The notes beneath the pieces are model-generated. The model did no database searches and was not told the origin of the DNA. It saw nothing but the letters and a program-made list of their open reading frames with translations. This document shows, piece after piece, positions 25,420-35,380 of a stretch of DNA of 50,679 nt (position 1 is the stretch's first letter; every line of letters starts with the position of its first letter). The stretch is from assembly GCA_038065115.1 (NCBI GenBank), contig JBBTRS010000004.1:1-50679 (forward strand), read 5' to 3'. Position numbers and translations under genes: made by a program. Source of the DNA: Patescibacteria group bacterium. Lineage in GTDB: Bacteria; Patescibacteriota; Minisyncoccia; UBA6257; MFKM01.

Positions 25420-27030
25420 ATGAAATCTTTACTTTTAAAAAAAACAATTCTGGTTGCAATCATCGCTTCGCTTGTTTTGAGCGGTTTGGGTAATGTTTTC
25501 ACGCCGAAAGCGGCGGCGCAAGCAGGACCGAGCACGCCAGGAGAAGCCGCCGGACAGGCCTTGGCCAAAGGGGCTGCTTGTCTTTTACAAGCAAAACTGC
25601 AAATGAAAGCTGAAGGCTTGTTAACGACTCTGACTAGTTGGCTTGGGATTCAAACAGGTGATGTGGGAAAATTAATTGGAATGGATAAAGCCGCGGGCAA
25701 CGAAGTTCCTGTTAGAGCCAAGGGCGTAGAACAAGCCGTTCAAAGCGCCAACACAAAAGAAACTGACAATCAACAAAGCGTAGAGGCCGTAAGTCTTTCC
25801 AAGAAATGCATTCGGGATGCCGTGCTGAAAACAATCATGGATTGGATTGTTGATGAAACCATCACCTGGGTTCAAAACGGCGGCCAGCCAAGATACATTA
25901 CCAATTGGGACACCTTCTTAAGCGATGCTTTTAATGTGGGTGTAGGCGAAATTGTCAACGAAATCGGCTTGGGCGAACTCTGTCAGCCTTTCAGCTTTCA
26001 GCTTAGATTATCTCTTCTGCCGGTTCCCAGTTTCAAAAACAGAATCGCCTGTACGCTTGATGACATCGTCGCCAATATCAATGATTTTTACGACGATTTT
26101 AGAAACGGCAGCTGGATAGCCTACGAAGCCAGCTGGCGGCCGGAAAATAATTACTACGGAGCTCTTTATATGACAATGAACGAAGCAATGACCAAGGGAG
26201 CTCAACGGAAAGAAGCCGCTGAAAAAGAAGCGATGTCGGGTCAGGGATATTTGCCGGTTAAAGAATGCGTGAGAACCGGCCGAACCGACCCAAACGACCC
26301 GAAAACCGAAAAGTGTCTTGAATATAAAATTATCACCCCGGCTCCGGTGGTCGGCCACCTCACCAACAGAGCCGCGGCCGCGGATATTGATTGGGCGATG
26401 AGCGTTCAGTCATGGACAGCGGCTTTGACCAACGCCGTCGTCAACCGCGTTATCAAAGAAGGCGTGGGGTTAATGAAAAAAAGCACGGCGCCTAAATCGG
26501 CGGGCTACGGCGATTACGACCCTTACGGGGGTTATGACCCGGCTCTTTCGCTTAAAAGACAAGAACGAGACTTTATAAAAAATGATTATCAAACATGGAT
26601 TGCTTATTTCAATGCAATTTTGGCTAATAAACAATCGAGTTTGTCTTCATCGCAACAAATATTAACGGCTTTAAACGAACTCAAAACTCGTAGTTGCCAA
26701 CCGTTGGTTTCTGACAGCGATATTGCCAATGCCCAAAACGAGGTTACCCGCTTAACCGACGAAGTTGCCAATTACCAAGCCATTGTCAACGAAACCCAGG
26801 CCGGCATCACCGAAGCTGTTAATATTTCCGCTGATTTCCGAGACCGGGAAATGGCTCTCTTAACTCAAAATCACGACGCTTTTATAATCAAAAATCAGTC
26901 GTTGATTGCGGAAATTTCCGATTCGGAAACGACTAAGAATACTTCTCAAGAAGAATCCCGAACTAAACAAAGCGAGCTGTCGTTAACCCAGTCCCGTTTG
27001 ACGCTCTGTCTCGCCACCCAAACACCCTAA
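25420..27030 (+). CDS. Hypothetical secreted protein with a C-terminal coiled coil
   Basis: Sec-type signal peptide (…FTPKAAAQA). Tight coupling to both flanking ORFs. Confidence 0.6.
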   Translation: MKSLLLKKTILVAIIASLVLSGLGNVFTPKAAAQAGPSTPGEAAGQALAKGAACLLQAKLQMKAEGLLTTLTSWLGIQTGDVGKLIGMDKAAGNEVPVRAKGVEQAVQSANTKETDNQQSVEAVSLSKKCIRDAVLKTIMDWIVDETITWVQNGGQPRYITNWDTFLSDAFNVGVGEIVNEIGLGELCQPFSFQLRLSLLPVPSFKNRIACTLDDIVANINDFYDDFRNGSWIAYEASWRPENNYYGALYMTMNEAMTKGAQRKEAAEKEAMSGQGYLPVKECVRTGRTDPNDPKTEKCLEYKIITPAPVVGHLTNRAAAADIDWAMSVQSWTAALTNAVVNRVIKEGVGLMKKSTAPKSAGYGDYDPYGGYDPALSLKRQERDFIKNDYQTWIAYFNAILANKQSSLSSSQQILTALNELKTRSCQPLVSDSDIANAQNEVTRLTDEVANYQAIVNETQAGITEAVNISADFRDREMALLTQNHDAFIIKNQSLIAEISDSETTKNTSQEESRTKQSELSLTQSRLTLCLATQTP

Positions 27031-29064
27031 ATGAACAAAAAACAAAAATTATTGGCGATTCTTGGTTTAATTATCGTTTCGGTTTCGATTTTACTTATAA
27101 GTAGTAAATCTTTAGCACAAGAGACAGGCACAACTACCCAGCCCAATATTGATTCTCCTGGTACGCGAATTAACGGAATCGGCGATAGCGCCCTTAGTAT
27201 GATTTTTGGATTCATTAACCAAGTTTTTGGTTCTATAGGCAGTACCCTTTATACCATAGCCGGCGGACTGGCTAATTTCAGTATATTGCTTAATTTTGAC
27301 ATCCTGAATAATCCGATGATCAATACCGGCTGGCAAATAACTAGAGACTTGGCTAATCTCGGTTTTGTTTTATTCATTATTATCATCGCCATTGCCACTA
27401 TTCTCCGAATGCAACAATACGGAGCCAAAAGCGCCCTAGGAAAATTAATCGCCGTAGCTCTTTTGGTAAATTTCAGTCTCGTTTTTGCCGGTATTTTTAT
27501 TGATTTTTCCAATATGCTGACGAATTTCTTCATTAAAAATATTACGAGTGGCGATCCAGGAGGGCTAGCCACCGCTCTATCGGAATCTTTCAAGATTCAA
27601 AATCTCCTTCAGGTAAAAGAAGGAGGAGAAATAAATCTTTTCCAAGCAGGAGGGTCGATATTCACAGGAATCGCCAGCAATATCTTTGTTATCGCTTTTA
27701 CACTTATCGGCGCTTTTTCTTTATTCGCTCTAGCGGCGATGTTTTTGGTCAGGGTCATCGCATTGGGTATTCTTCTGGTATTAATACCCCTAGCTTGTCT
27801 TTCTACTATTTTGCCGGCAACAAAAAAACTTTGGAGTCAATGGGTCAGTAATTTTACTGAATGGGCATTTTTTGGACCGATAGCTTCTTTTTTTCTTTAT
27901 CTTGCGGTTTCTATGGCAACTAATTACGGCGAAACAATAGAGCAACTAACAACCGTTGCCAAAGGAATTGGTACCAGGAACGAAATGACGTTCGCAAATC
28001 TAATGATAGCCCAACCTTTAATTCAAATAGGAAGAATGTTTCTAGTGATCGGCTTCTTGCTTGGTGGGTTGGCAGCAGCGAATTCAATGAAAACTATGGG
28101 GGCAAGCGCTGTTGTAAATGGAGTTAATGCGTTTGGCAAATGGGCGAGAGGGGCGATGGGAAGAGGAGCCGCGGGAGCGGCGAGTTTGCCGCTTAGAACC
28201 GCCAGAGGGCAAAAACTCGTTGAAGGAATGCAAAAAACGCCCGGCTTTAGACGATTGGGTACTATGCTTAGCAATGTAGGCGTAGAGCAGGGCACGAGAA
28301 TGACCAAGCAAGCCGAGGAACGAATAAATAAACGCTTCGCCTCCGACAGAAGCGCGGCCTTGGCCATTTCCACCCTAAACTGGGAAGAACGAGTGGCGGT
28401 TGTTAAGAGATTAATGAAAAATAAAACAATGGGCTTGATGGAAGAAAAAGACCTCAACAACCTTATAGGGAACAAAGCAACTGAAGCTAATTTCGCGAGA
28501 TTAGGCGCCAAAAATGTTTACGATGATTTTGAAAAATCAGCTGGTCGAAACAGAGCAATGGTTGAAGCGAAAACTCCGGAAGCAAAAGAAAGAGAAGCAA
28601 AAGAATTCTTTGGGAAAAAATATTCTCTCAAGGATTTTGAAAACCTTAGAAAATCTGCGCTTCTTAAAGACGAGGATGGTGTTTACAGAATGGCCGCTAT
28701 CATAAAAACCAACCCCGGCGCTCTTTCTAAATTGATACCTAAATTTGCCGGCGAAGATTTTGATAAATTCGAAAAGCAACTAAGAAGCACGCTCCCTCGG
28801 GAAATCGAAATTGAAGTTTCTCCGGCAGAACCGGAAGAAAAAGACAAAGAAGGCGGGATAATAAAACCGGCCAAGCCAGCTAAATTTGAAACCATAAAAA
28901 TAATAGAAAAAGATCCGAAAACTGGCGATTATAAAATATCATTGGATGACGTTGCCGAAAAATATCTTAAACGCGAAAATCCGAAGCTCTATAAAGCCCT
29001 TTCCAAAACATTAACAAATCGAGCAATTGGCATAGGCGAATTTGAACCGCCCGCCGCAACATAA
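27031..29064 (+). CDS. Polytopic membrane protein, VirB6/TrbL-like
   Basis: Signal peptide plus at least 6 TM helices with a TrbL-like pattern (GWQITRDLANLGFVLFIIIIAIATIL...). Charged cytoplasmic C-terminal ~250 aa. Confidence 0.55.
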   Translation: MNKKQKLLAILGLIIVSVSILLISSKSLAQETGTTTQPNIDSPGTRINGIGDSALSMIFGFINQVFGSIGSTLYTIAGGLANFSILLNFDILNNPMINTGWQITRDLANLGFVLFIIIIAIATILRMQQYGAKSALGKLIAVALLVNFSLVFAGIFIDFSNMLTNFFIKNITSGDPGGLATALSESFKIQNLLQVKEGGEINLFQAGGSIFTGIASNIFVIAFTLIGAFSLFALAAMFLVRVIALGILLVLIPLACLSTILPATKKLWSQWVSNFTEWAFFGPIASFFLYLAVSMATNYGETIEQLTTVAKGIGTRNEMTFANLMIAQPLIQIGRMFLVIGFLLGGLAAANSMKTMGASAVVNGVNAFGKWARGAMGRGAAGAASLPLRTARGQKLVEGMQKTPGFRRLGTMLSNVGVEQGTRMTKQAEERINKRFASDRSAALAISTLNWEERVAVVKRLMKNKTMGLMEEKDLNNLIGNKATEANFARLGAKNVYDDFEKSAGRNRAMVEAKTPEAKEREAKEFFGKKYSLKDFENLRKSALLKDEDGVYRMAAIIKTNPGALSKLIPKFAGEDFDKFEKQLRSTLPREIEIEVSPAEPEEKDKEGGIIKPAKPAKFETIKIIEKDPKTGDYKISLDDVAEKYLKRENPKLYKALSKTLTNRAIGIGEFEPPAAT

Positions 29065-29067
29065 AAT

Positions 29068-30225
29068 ATGCTTAAAATTCCAAGACAACAAGTTTTAGAC
29101 AGATGGGATACCCTGCCGGATAATCTCAAAGAAGCCTTATCTTCCGAATCTAATAGCGATATTGTTTGGCAGATTGGCGCTCTTAATCATTTGACTGAGG
29201 AAAAAATTTCTATGATGGCGACGATAGTCGGCGACGTCATTTTTGGTTTTCTTCATTCTGAAGATTTAGCTCGGGAAATTCAGGAATCCCTTAATTTAAA
29301 TTCTCAAATCGCCAATTCCATCAGCCATGAAATCAACCGTAAAATTTTCGCGCCGATTAGAACAGATTTGGAAAAAATTTATAGTCCAGCCAGCGAGAGG
29401 CCGGAAATAAAATCGCCGACCGAACCGGAAATAAAACTTGAAATAAAAGCAGAAGAAATTAAAAAAGCCGAAACGCCGGCGACAAAACCAACACCCGCGG
29501 AAATCAAGAAGGTGATTGAATTAAAACCGGCTCCATTCCCAACCGCGCCGACAATTCCAGCCATTCCAACCGTCCCAGCCGCTCCGGCTATTCCAGTCGC
29601 TCCGGAGCCGCCTATTCCAACCGTTCCTATTTCCAACGAAAAACCGTTTGTTCTTCACCAAGAAACCGAACCTAGGCCCGTCGGGGAAAAATCGCGAATT
29701 TCATCGTCTCCGGCTTCCGGTTGGTTCAAAAAAGCCATACCTGCCAATCCGCTTTACCGAAACTTCGGCGAAATGGGCAGGCCAGAAAAATCAAAAATGC
29801 CGGAATCGCCAATCAAAATCAAACTAGAGACATTCGGTCAAAAACCAGAAGAGAAAAAAGAACCGATTATCGCCAGAACTGAAATCCCCAAACAGAGGAT
29901 AGTCCATTATCGGGAAGCGGAGGCGTCTTCTCCTTTCGGCAAAATTCAAAGTGAGCCTTCAAGCTCGCTTTCCAGCGCGACGCCAAGCAAGCCGGAAATA
30001 AAATTGCCAAGAGAAATTACGGCGTTAAAACCAGAAACGCCGGCGCCAATAATAAAACCGCCGGAATTGAAACCGCTAAAAATTGAAGAGATGATCAAAC
30101 CAAAGCCAACTAAACCCGAGGAACCAGGTATCGCTAACCCCAGCCCTTCCAAGATAACAAAAGAAAATGAAGTGAAGTTGGAAGGGAATGTTATCAATTT
30201 AAAGAACAGCAAGCCCAATTCATAA
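29068..30225 (+). CDS. Pro/Lys/Glu-rich low-complexity protein
   Basis: Structured N-terminal ~110 aa, then PxP and EIK repeats (PAIPTVPAAPAIPVAPEPPIPTVP). Confidence 0.55.
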   Translation: MLKIPRQQVLDRWDTLPDNLKEALSSESNSDIVWQIGALNHLTEEKISMMATIVGDVIFGFLHSEDLAREIQESLNLNSQIANSISHEINRKIFAPIRTDLEKIYSPASERPEIKSPTEPEIKLEIKAEEIKKAETPATKPTPAEIKKVIELKPAPFPTAPTIPAIPTVPAAPAIPVAPEPPIPTVPISNEKPFVLHQETEPRPVGEKSRISSSPASGWFKKAIPANPLYRNFGEMGRPEKSKMPESPIKIKLETFGQKPEEKKEPIIARTEIPKQRIVHYREAEASSPFGKIQSEPSSSLSSATPSKPEIKLPREITALKPETPAPIIKPPELKPLKIEEMIKPKPTKPEEPGIANPSPSKITKENEVKLEGNVINLKNSKPNS

Positions 30226-30728
30226 TGCAATTCCAAGTACCTCAATATTACGAAGTCAAAGAAAAAATTGTCGGCTCCCTGACTCTCCAGCAATTCTTTT
30301 ATATCGCCGCGGCTTGCGGCTTAAGCTTTTTTCTTTTTTTCATTTTTGAATTATGGCTTTGGTTCGTTGCCAGTGTTTTCCTGATTGGCTTCGCGGCCGC
30401 TTTGGCTCTGGTGGAGATAAACGGCCAATCTTTAACCAAAATTCTTTTTTCCGCCTTTTTTTATTACTGGCGACCGCGAATTTTTCTCTGGCGAAGAGAA
30501 GCCGAAAAAATGGAAATAATTTTACCGGAGGAAGAAAAACAAATTGAAGAAATCAAGAAAGAATTAAGTTTTCAGCAAAAAATAAAATCCCTGGGGCAAA
30601 AAATCACAACCAGCCGTTTGCCTTTGCCCGGCGAAAAACCGACCAATCGGAGTATCCAAGAACACTATCAAATTTTCCGAAAACCCACCGGCGAAAGGCA
30701 AATGGCGAGAAGAGTGGACTATAGATAA
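30225..30728 (+). CDS. PrgI-family (VirB3-like) membrane protein
   Basis: N-terminus VPQYYEVKEKIVGSLTLQQFFYIAAA followed by two TM helices, which is the PrgI-family signature. Confidence 0.7.
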   Translation: MQFQVPQYYEVKEKIVGSLTLQQFFYIAAACGLSFFLFFIFELWLWFVASVFLIGFAAALALVEINGQSLTKILFSAFFYYWRPRIFLWRREAEKMEIILPEEEKQIEEIKKELSFQQKIKSLGQKITTSRLPLPGEKPTNRSIQEHYQIFRKPTGERQMARRVDYR

Positions 30729-30741
30729 CGAATTCTCGCTA

Positions 30742-31095
30742 ATGCATAAAGAATTAACACGAATCACGAATTATCAGAAAGCATTAGCTGAAGAATTTAT
30801 TAAACGGAACCTGAATTTTGAACAACAAAAACGTATTACAATTTATTCTCTGGATAGCGGCAAACCTTTAGGTGTTTATGTGCCCGATTTTGTAATAGCA
30901 AATAAAATAATTTTAGAGATTAAAGCAAGTAATATTACTATCCGTCAAGACATCAACCAACAACGCGCTTATCTAGGAGTGAGTATTTATGAAATTGGAT
31001 ATTTGGTAAACTTCGGAACCCCCGAATTAGATATTAAACGTTCTATCTATACAAACGACCGGAAACCTTTTATTATTAAAATAATTAGTGATTAG
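30742..31095 (+). CDS. GxxExxY-family PD-(D/E)XK nuclease-like protein, N-terminally shortened
   Basis: VPDFVIANKIILEIKAS (D...ExK) and YEIGYLVNFG motifs. Lacks about 25 aa of the usual N-terminal helix. Confidence 0.65.
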   Translation: MHKELTRITNYQKALAEEFIKRNLNFEQQKRITIYSLDSGKPLGVYVPDFVIANKIILEIKASNITIRQDINQQRAYLGVSIYEIGYLVNFGTPELDIKRSIYTNDRKPFIIKIISD

Positions 31096-31130
31096 TGGTT
31101 ATTCGTTTTTAATTATTGGTAATTAGTTTT

Positions 31131-31784
31131 ATGAAATCCCAATCAACTCAACAATTCGTTGAAATCCAAGAAGTCCGAGAAGGAGTGATTTTTCTAAAAA
31201 ACGGCTCCTTGCGCCAATTATTGATGGTCAACGGAGTTAATTTTGATTTAAAATCGGAAACCGAGCAGGATTTAATGACTTACGCTTATCAAAACCTTTT
31301 AAACTCTTTGAATTTTTCAATCCAAATTTTCATTCATTCCCGCCGGTTAAATATTGAAACTTATCTCCAAAAAATCCAAGAACGCCACGGCCAGGAAACC
31401 AATGAACTTCTGAAAACCCAAATTGCCGAGTATCTGGAATTCATAAAGTCTTTCGTGGCCAACAACGCCATAATGGATAAAACTTTTTTCGTCATCGTGC
31501 CTTACGATCCGGTTTACTTGCCAAAAACCGCGAAAGGAATATTGGGCTTTATTAAAAAAGGGGAGGTGGCGGCTTCCAAAGATCAGCCTTCTCAATCAGA
31601 GAATATTCAACAAAATCTCCAGCAACTTAGTCAAAGAGTAGACCAGACAATTACGGGTCTTCAGCAAATCGGCCTCCGAGCGGTTCCGCTTAATACCGAG
31701 GAATCTATTGAACTTATCTACAACCTTTACAATCCCCAACTGACAGAAAAACAAAACCTGGCCATTGCTGAAGAAAATTTATAA
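31131..31784 (+). CDS. Hypothetical protein associated with VirB4 (resembles N-terminal regions of Gram-positive-type VirB4/TcpF-like proteins)
   Basis: FVEIQEVREGVIFLKNGSLRQLLMVNGVNFDLKSETEQD pattern. Start moved to an ATG; the track start is TTG. Confidence 0.5.
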   Translation: MKSQSTQQFVEIQEVREGVIFLKNGSLRQLLMVNGVNFDLKSETEQDLMTYAYQNLLNSLNFSIQIFIHSRRLNIETYLQKIQERHGQETNELLKTQIAEYLEFIKSFVANNAIMDKTFFVIVPYDPVYLPKTAKGILGFIKKGEVAASKDQPSQSENIQQNLQQLSQRVDQTITGLQQIGLRAVPLNTEESIELIYNLYNPQLTEKQNLAIAEENL

Positions 31785-31788
31785 AATT

Positions 31789-33534
31789 ATGAAAAAAATT
31801 GAAATCACCAAAGGGTATGCCGCTTCCGGCCGAGACATTCAAGATGTCATCGCGCCGGCCGGATTGGAAGTTAATGCCGGTTATCTCAAATTCGGCGAAA
31901 AATACATTAAAACGTTCTTTCTGTTTACCTATCCTCGTTATGTTTCCAGCGGCTGGTTTTCGCCAATTATCAATCTAGCGGAAATTATTGATATCGCTGT
32001 TCATATTCACCCCATTGACACGGCTTTGGCTTTGCGAAATCTCCGAAGAAAAACAGCTCAAGTCCAAGCTCAAATAATGGAGCGCGAAGAAAAAGGATTG
32101 GTCCGCGATCCGATGCTGGAAACAGCCTATCAGGATGTGGAAAATCTTCGGGACTCTCTCCAACAAGCCCAAGAAAAGCTTTTTGAGGTCGGAATCTACA
32201 TTACCATTTACGGAAACGACCTTAAAGACTTAGCCCGTCTGGAAAATTTAATCGTCTCCCTCATGGAAAGCAAATTGGTTTATGTCAAACCGGCTCTTTT
32301 TCAGCAACTTGAAGCCTTTTCTTCGGTCTTGCCTTTGGTAACGGATAAATTGGCCATTCGCACTCCGCTGAATTCCGGACCGGCTTCTTCAATATTTCCA
32401 TTTATTTCAGCCGACCTGACTTCAGACGAGGGCATTCTTTACGGCGTTAATCTTAGCAATAACAGCTTAGTGATCTTTGACCGATTCTCGCTGGAAAACG
32501 CCAATTTCTGCGTTTTCGCGAAAGCGGGCAGCGGAAAATCATTTTTCGCGAAGCTGGAAATTCTCCGATCAATAATGATGGGAACGGATATTGTCGTTAT
32601 TGACCCGGAAAACGAATATCAAAATTTATGCGAAACCATCGGCGGCAGTTATTTTAAAATCTCGTTAACTTCAACAAGCCATATCAATCCTTTTGATATA
32701 CCCATTATTCCTCCCGATGAAGAACCGGCCGAAGTTTTTAAATCACACATTCTTAACGTAGTTGGTTTAATCAAGTTAATGCTCGGCGAAATAACTCCCG
32801 CGGAAGACGCTATCTTGGACAAGACCGTTTTGGAAACTTACGCTTCACGAGACATCGTTCCGGAAAAAGATTTTTCCCAAGCCCAGCCGCCTTTACTGGA
32901 AGACTACCAAACTATTCTTGAAAACACCGAGGGAGGAGCCGACCTGGCAAAACGTTTGGAAAAATTCACCCGCGGTTCTTACGCCGGTTTTACCAACCAA
33001 CCAACCAATGTCAACATCAAAAATCGTTTGGTGGTTTTTTCCATCCGCGACTTGGAAGACGAACTGCGGCCCATCGCGATGTATATTATTCTTAATTTCA
33101 TCTGGAATCTTATCAGGGCCGAACTTAAAAAAAGAATCGTGGTTATTGACGAGGCTTGGTTAATGATGAAATACCCGGACAGCGCTTCTTTTCTTTTCGG
33201 CTTGGCCAAACGAGCGAGAAAATATTATTTGGGAGTAACAACAATCACTCAAGATGTTGAAGACTTTTTAAGTTCTCCTTACGGCCGACCGATTATCAAC
33301 AACTCCTCGCTCCAATTTCTTTTAAAACAAGCGCCGGCCACCATTGATTTAGTCGCTAAAACTTTTAGCTTAACCGATGTGGAAAAAACCTTTCTCTTGG
33401 AAGCGGCGGTGGGAGAGGGGCTATTTTTCGCGGGATTAAAACACGCTGCTCTTAAAGTGGTTGCTTCTTACGCCGAAGACCAAATGATTACCACCAACCC
33501 GGAGCAACTCCTGGAGAGGAGAAAGGAAGCTTGA
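31789..33534 (+). CDS. virB4: VirB4-family type IV secretion ATPase
   Basis: Walker A AKAGSGKS, Walker B IVVIDEAW, N-terminal YPRYVSSGWFSPI pattern. Start moved to an ATG (MKKIEIT). Confidence 0.85.
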   Translation: MKKIEITKGYAASGRDIQDVIAPAGLEVNAGYLKFGEKYIKTFFLFTYPRYVSSGWFSPIINLAEIIDIAVHIHPIDTALALRNLRRKTAQVQAQIMEREEKGLVRDPMLETAYQDVENLRDSLQQAQEKLFEVGIYITIYGNDLKDLARLENLIVSLMESKLVYVKPALFQQLEAFSSVLPLVTDKLAIRTPLNSGPASSIFPFISADLTSDEGILYGVNLSNNSLVIFDRFSLENANFCVFAKAGSGKSFFAKLEILRSIMMGTDIVVIDPENEYQNLCETIGGSYFKISLTSTSHINPFDIPIIPPDEEPAEVFKSHILNVVGLIKLMLGEITPAEDAILDKTVLETYASRDIVPEKDFSQAQPPLLEDYQTILENTEGGADLAKRLEKFTRGSYAGFTNQPTNVNIKNRLVVFSIRDLEDELRPIAMYIILNFIWNLIRAELKKRIVVIDEAWLMMKYPDSASFLFGLAKRARKYYLGVTTITQDVEDFLSSPYGRPIINNSSLQFLLKQAPATIDLVAKTFSLTDVEKTFLLEAAVGEGLFFAGLKHAALKVVASYAEDQMITTNPEQLLERRKEA

Positions 33535-33566
33535 TAGCAACCAAGCAATTGAGTATTAAATAAATT

Positions 33567-33950
33567 ATGGGAGAACAGGGGCCAAGAATTTCTTTAGTGG
33601 AGACAATCCTGATGACGATGATTACCGGCAGCGCCGATATTTTTGAATTAATCGCTACTTTATTAATCGCAGTGCCGGTAATCGGACAAATTCTTTTAGT
33701 CATAAAATGGTTTGTGGCTTTCTCTGTTTGGTTAATCATTCAATTTTGGCTTATAATGAAAGGGTTGAGGGGATTGTGGTTTTTAAGCGGCAGCGCTTTA
33801 GATACGGTGGCAAATTTTGTCGGACTTGACATTCCTTTTGGCAAAACGGCTTCGCTGATGGCTACTATTTATCTAGCCAATCACCCCAAAATAACTCAAA
33901 TAGCGGCAGTTGTTGGCGGTAAAACAGAAACCGCTACGGGGAAAAATTAA
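33567..33950 (+). CDS. Small polytopic membrane protein
   Basis: 127 aa with 3-4 hydrophobic helices. Confidence 0.5.
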   Translation: MGEQGPRISLVETILMTMITGSADIFELIATLLIAVPVIGQILLVIKWFVAFSVWLIIQFWLIMKGLRGLWFLSGSALDTVANFVGLDIPFGKTASLMATIYLANHPKITQIAAVVGGKTETATGKN

Positions 33951-33976
33951 GTAAATTTAAAGTTCAAAAAAACGGG

Positions 33977-34654
33977 ATGGAAAAAGACAATTTAAAATTT
34001 AAAAAGAAGTTTTTTATTGCTTTTGCTTTCTACCTCTTATTTTCTGCTTCTTCGTCGGCCGCCGCTCAATCGCAAGCTTTAATTACTTGGCAGGCTCAAA
34101 GTTTCGCGCCGGCTGAATACACAGGGAAAAGACTGCCTTCGCCGGGGACAAATATTAACCTGGGCTTGGAAGTGATAAGAGAAAAGAAGCTTCGAGATTT
34201 ATCAAAAATCAATATCCGCTGGTATCTTGACGGGAAATTGTTGACTCAGGGCATTGGACTAAAAGAAACGAGTTTTCTTGCGAACAAGGGAGCCACTCAT
34301 TCTCATTTTGTCCGGGCAGTTATTATGGCCGAACCAGAAATTAGCGGCAATATCGATATCCCTATTGTTAATCCCAAAATTATTATCAAAACTCCTTCGC
34401 CAGCCGATACTTTTATCGCCTTGGGCAAGACATTGCTTCAGGCCGTTCCTTATTTTTTCAACATAGCAAATCCGGAAGAGTTAATTTTTAAATGGTCGGT
34501 CAACAACCAAGCCCTTGAAGGGACTAATCTTTTGGAGCTGGAAATCGCTCCGCCGATTCCCTTAAACCAAAATCTTAATGTTAAAGTGATGGCTCAAAAT
34601 CTAAAAAACGATTTGGAGTTCGGCTCTAAAGAGATTAATTTAAATGTTCAATAA
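33977..34654 (+). CDS. Hypothetical secreted protein
   Basis: Signal peptide (…FSASSSAAAQS). Beta-rich sequence. Confidence 0.55.
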   Translation: MEKDNLKFKKKFFIAFAFYLLFSASSSAAAQSQALITWQAQSFAPAEYTGKRLPSPGTNINLGLEVIREKKLRDLSKINIRWYLDGKLLTQGIGLKETSFLANKGATHSHFVRAVIMAEPEISGNIDIPIVNPKIIIKTPSPADTFIALGKTLLQAVPYFFNIANPEELIFKWSVNNQALEGTNLLELEIAPPIPLNQNLNVKVMAQNLKNDLEFGSKEINLNVQ

Positions 34655-35372
34655 TAAAAATAAATTAATAATTATTTTTGCGTCTTTGGTTCTATTTTCT
34701 ATTTTTCCGCCTTCGGCGGACCAGCCACGGGCTGGCTATTTTTCCGCCTTCGGCGGACCAGCCACGGGCTGGCTATTTTCTATTCCAGCGGAAGCCGCTA
34801 GCCCGTTAAAATTACAAATACAGTTCCCTTGCCCCGATTTTCCCGGAGCGAACTGCCCGGCCTCTCCGGAAAAAGCCGCTCAAAGCCCGGCCGCTTATAT
34901 CGCCCGACTTTATCAATTCGCTTTAATGCTGGCCGGAATGCTGGCGTTTGGGATGATTATCTATGGGGCGATTCAATATACGGTTTCCGCCGGCAACACG
35001 ACCCAGCAAAGCGATGCCCGCGACCGCATCACTCAAGCCCTTTGGGGCGTGGCTTTACTTCTAGGCGCTTATTTGATTCTTCGCACTATTGACCCGAAAT
35101 TGGTGAACCTGAAAGATCCGGATATTAAATTAATAGAAATAAACAGCACCAGCACTCTTGGTGCCGCCGATACCGTCATTTCTCCAGCAACACCACCGTC
35201 ACCGCTAACGCCACCGCCGCCAACTCCGTCATCAATAGCGCCCTCGTTACCGCAGCGACTACCAGAACGATTGCCGCCAGACATAGAAGGCATAGAACGA
35301 ATACGATTAGAACCATTGCCGCTGCAAAATAATCAAATGCGGGCTTTGCCCCAGTTTCAGCCTGCGCTCTAA
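34644..35372 (+). CDS. VirB2/TrbC-type T4SS pilin-like protein with a Pro-rich C-terminal tail
   Basis: Signal peptide, then two TM helices flanking a polar loop (LAFGMIIYGAIQYTVSAGNTTQQSDARDRITQALWGVALLLGAYLIL), which is the typical T4SS pilin layout. Confidence 0.65.
   Translation: MFNNKNKLIIIFASLVLFSIFPPSADQPRAGYFSAFGGPATGWLFSIPAEAASPLKLQIQFPCPDFPGANCPASPEKAAQSPAAYIARLYQFALMLAGMLAFGMIIYGAIQYTVSAGNTTQQSDARDRITQALWGVALLLGAYLILRTIDPKLVNLKDPDIKLIEINSTSTLGAADTVISPATPPSPLTPPPPTPSSIAPSLPQRLPERLPPDIEGIERIRLEPLPLQNNQMRALPQFQPAL
34701..34774. repeat. Tandem 2 x 37-bp repeat (atttttccgccttcggcggaccagccacgggctggct) inside the pilin signal-peptide coding region
   Basis: Two exact copies. Each unit contains two GC-rich hairpins (CCGCC-TTC-GGCGG; CCAGCC-ACG-GGCTGG). 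Flanked by the 12-bp direct repeat ctattttctatt (34692..34703 and 34773..34784). Confidence 0.9.
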
Positions 35373-35380
35373 ATAAAGAG

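Noticed and set aside
27249-28511. Antisense ORFs (114 aa, 162 aa, 75 aa) inside the VirB6-like gene. Similar antisense ORFs occur inside pnp, comM, the PBP gene and pilB.
   Set aside because: All lie opposite long, domain-supported genes and have low-complexity composition with no SD sites. They are typical shadow ORFs.
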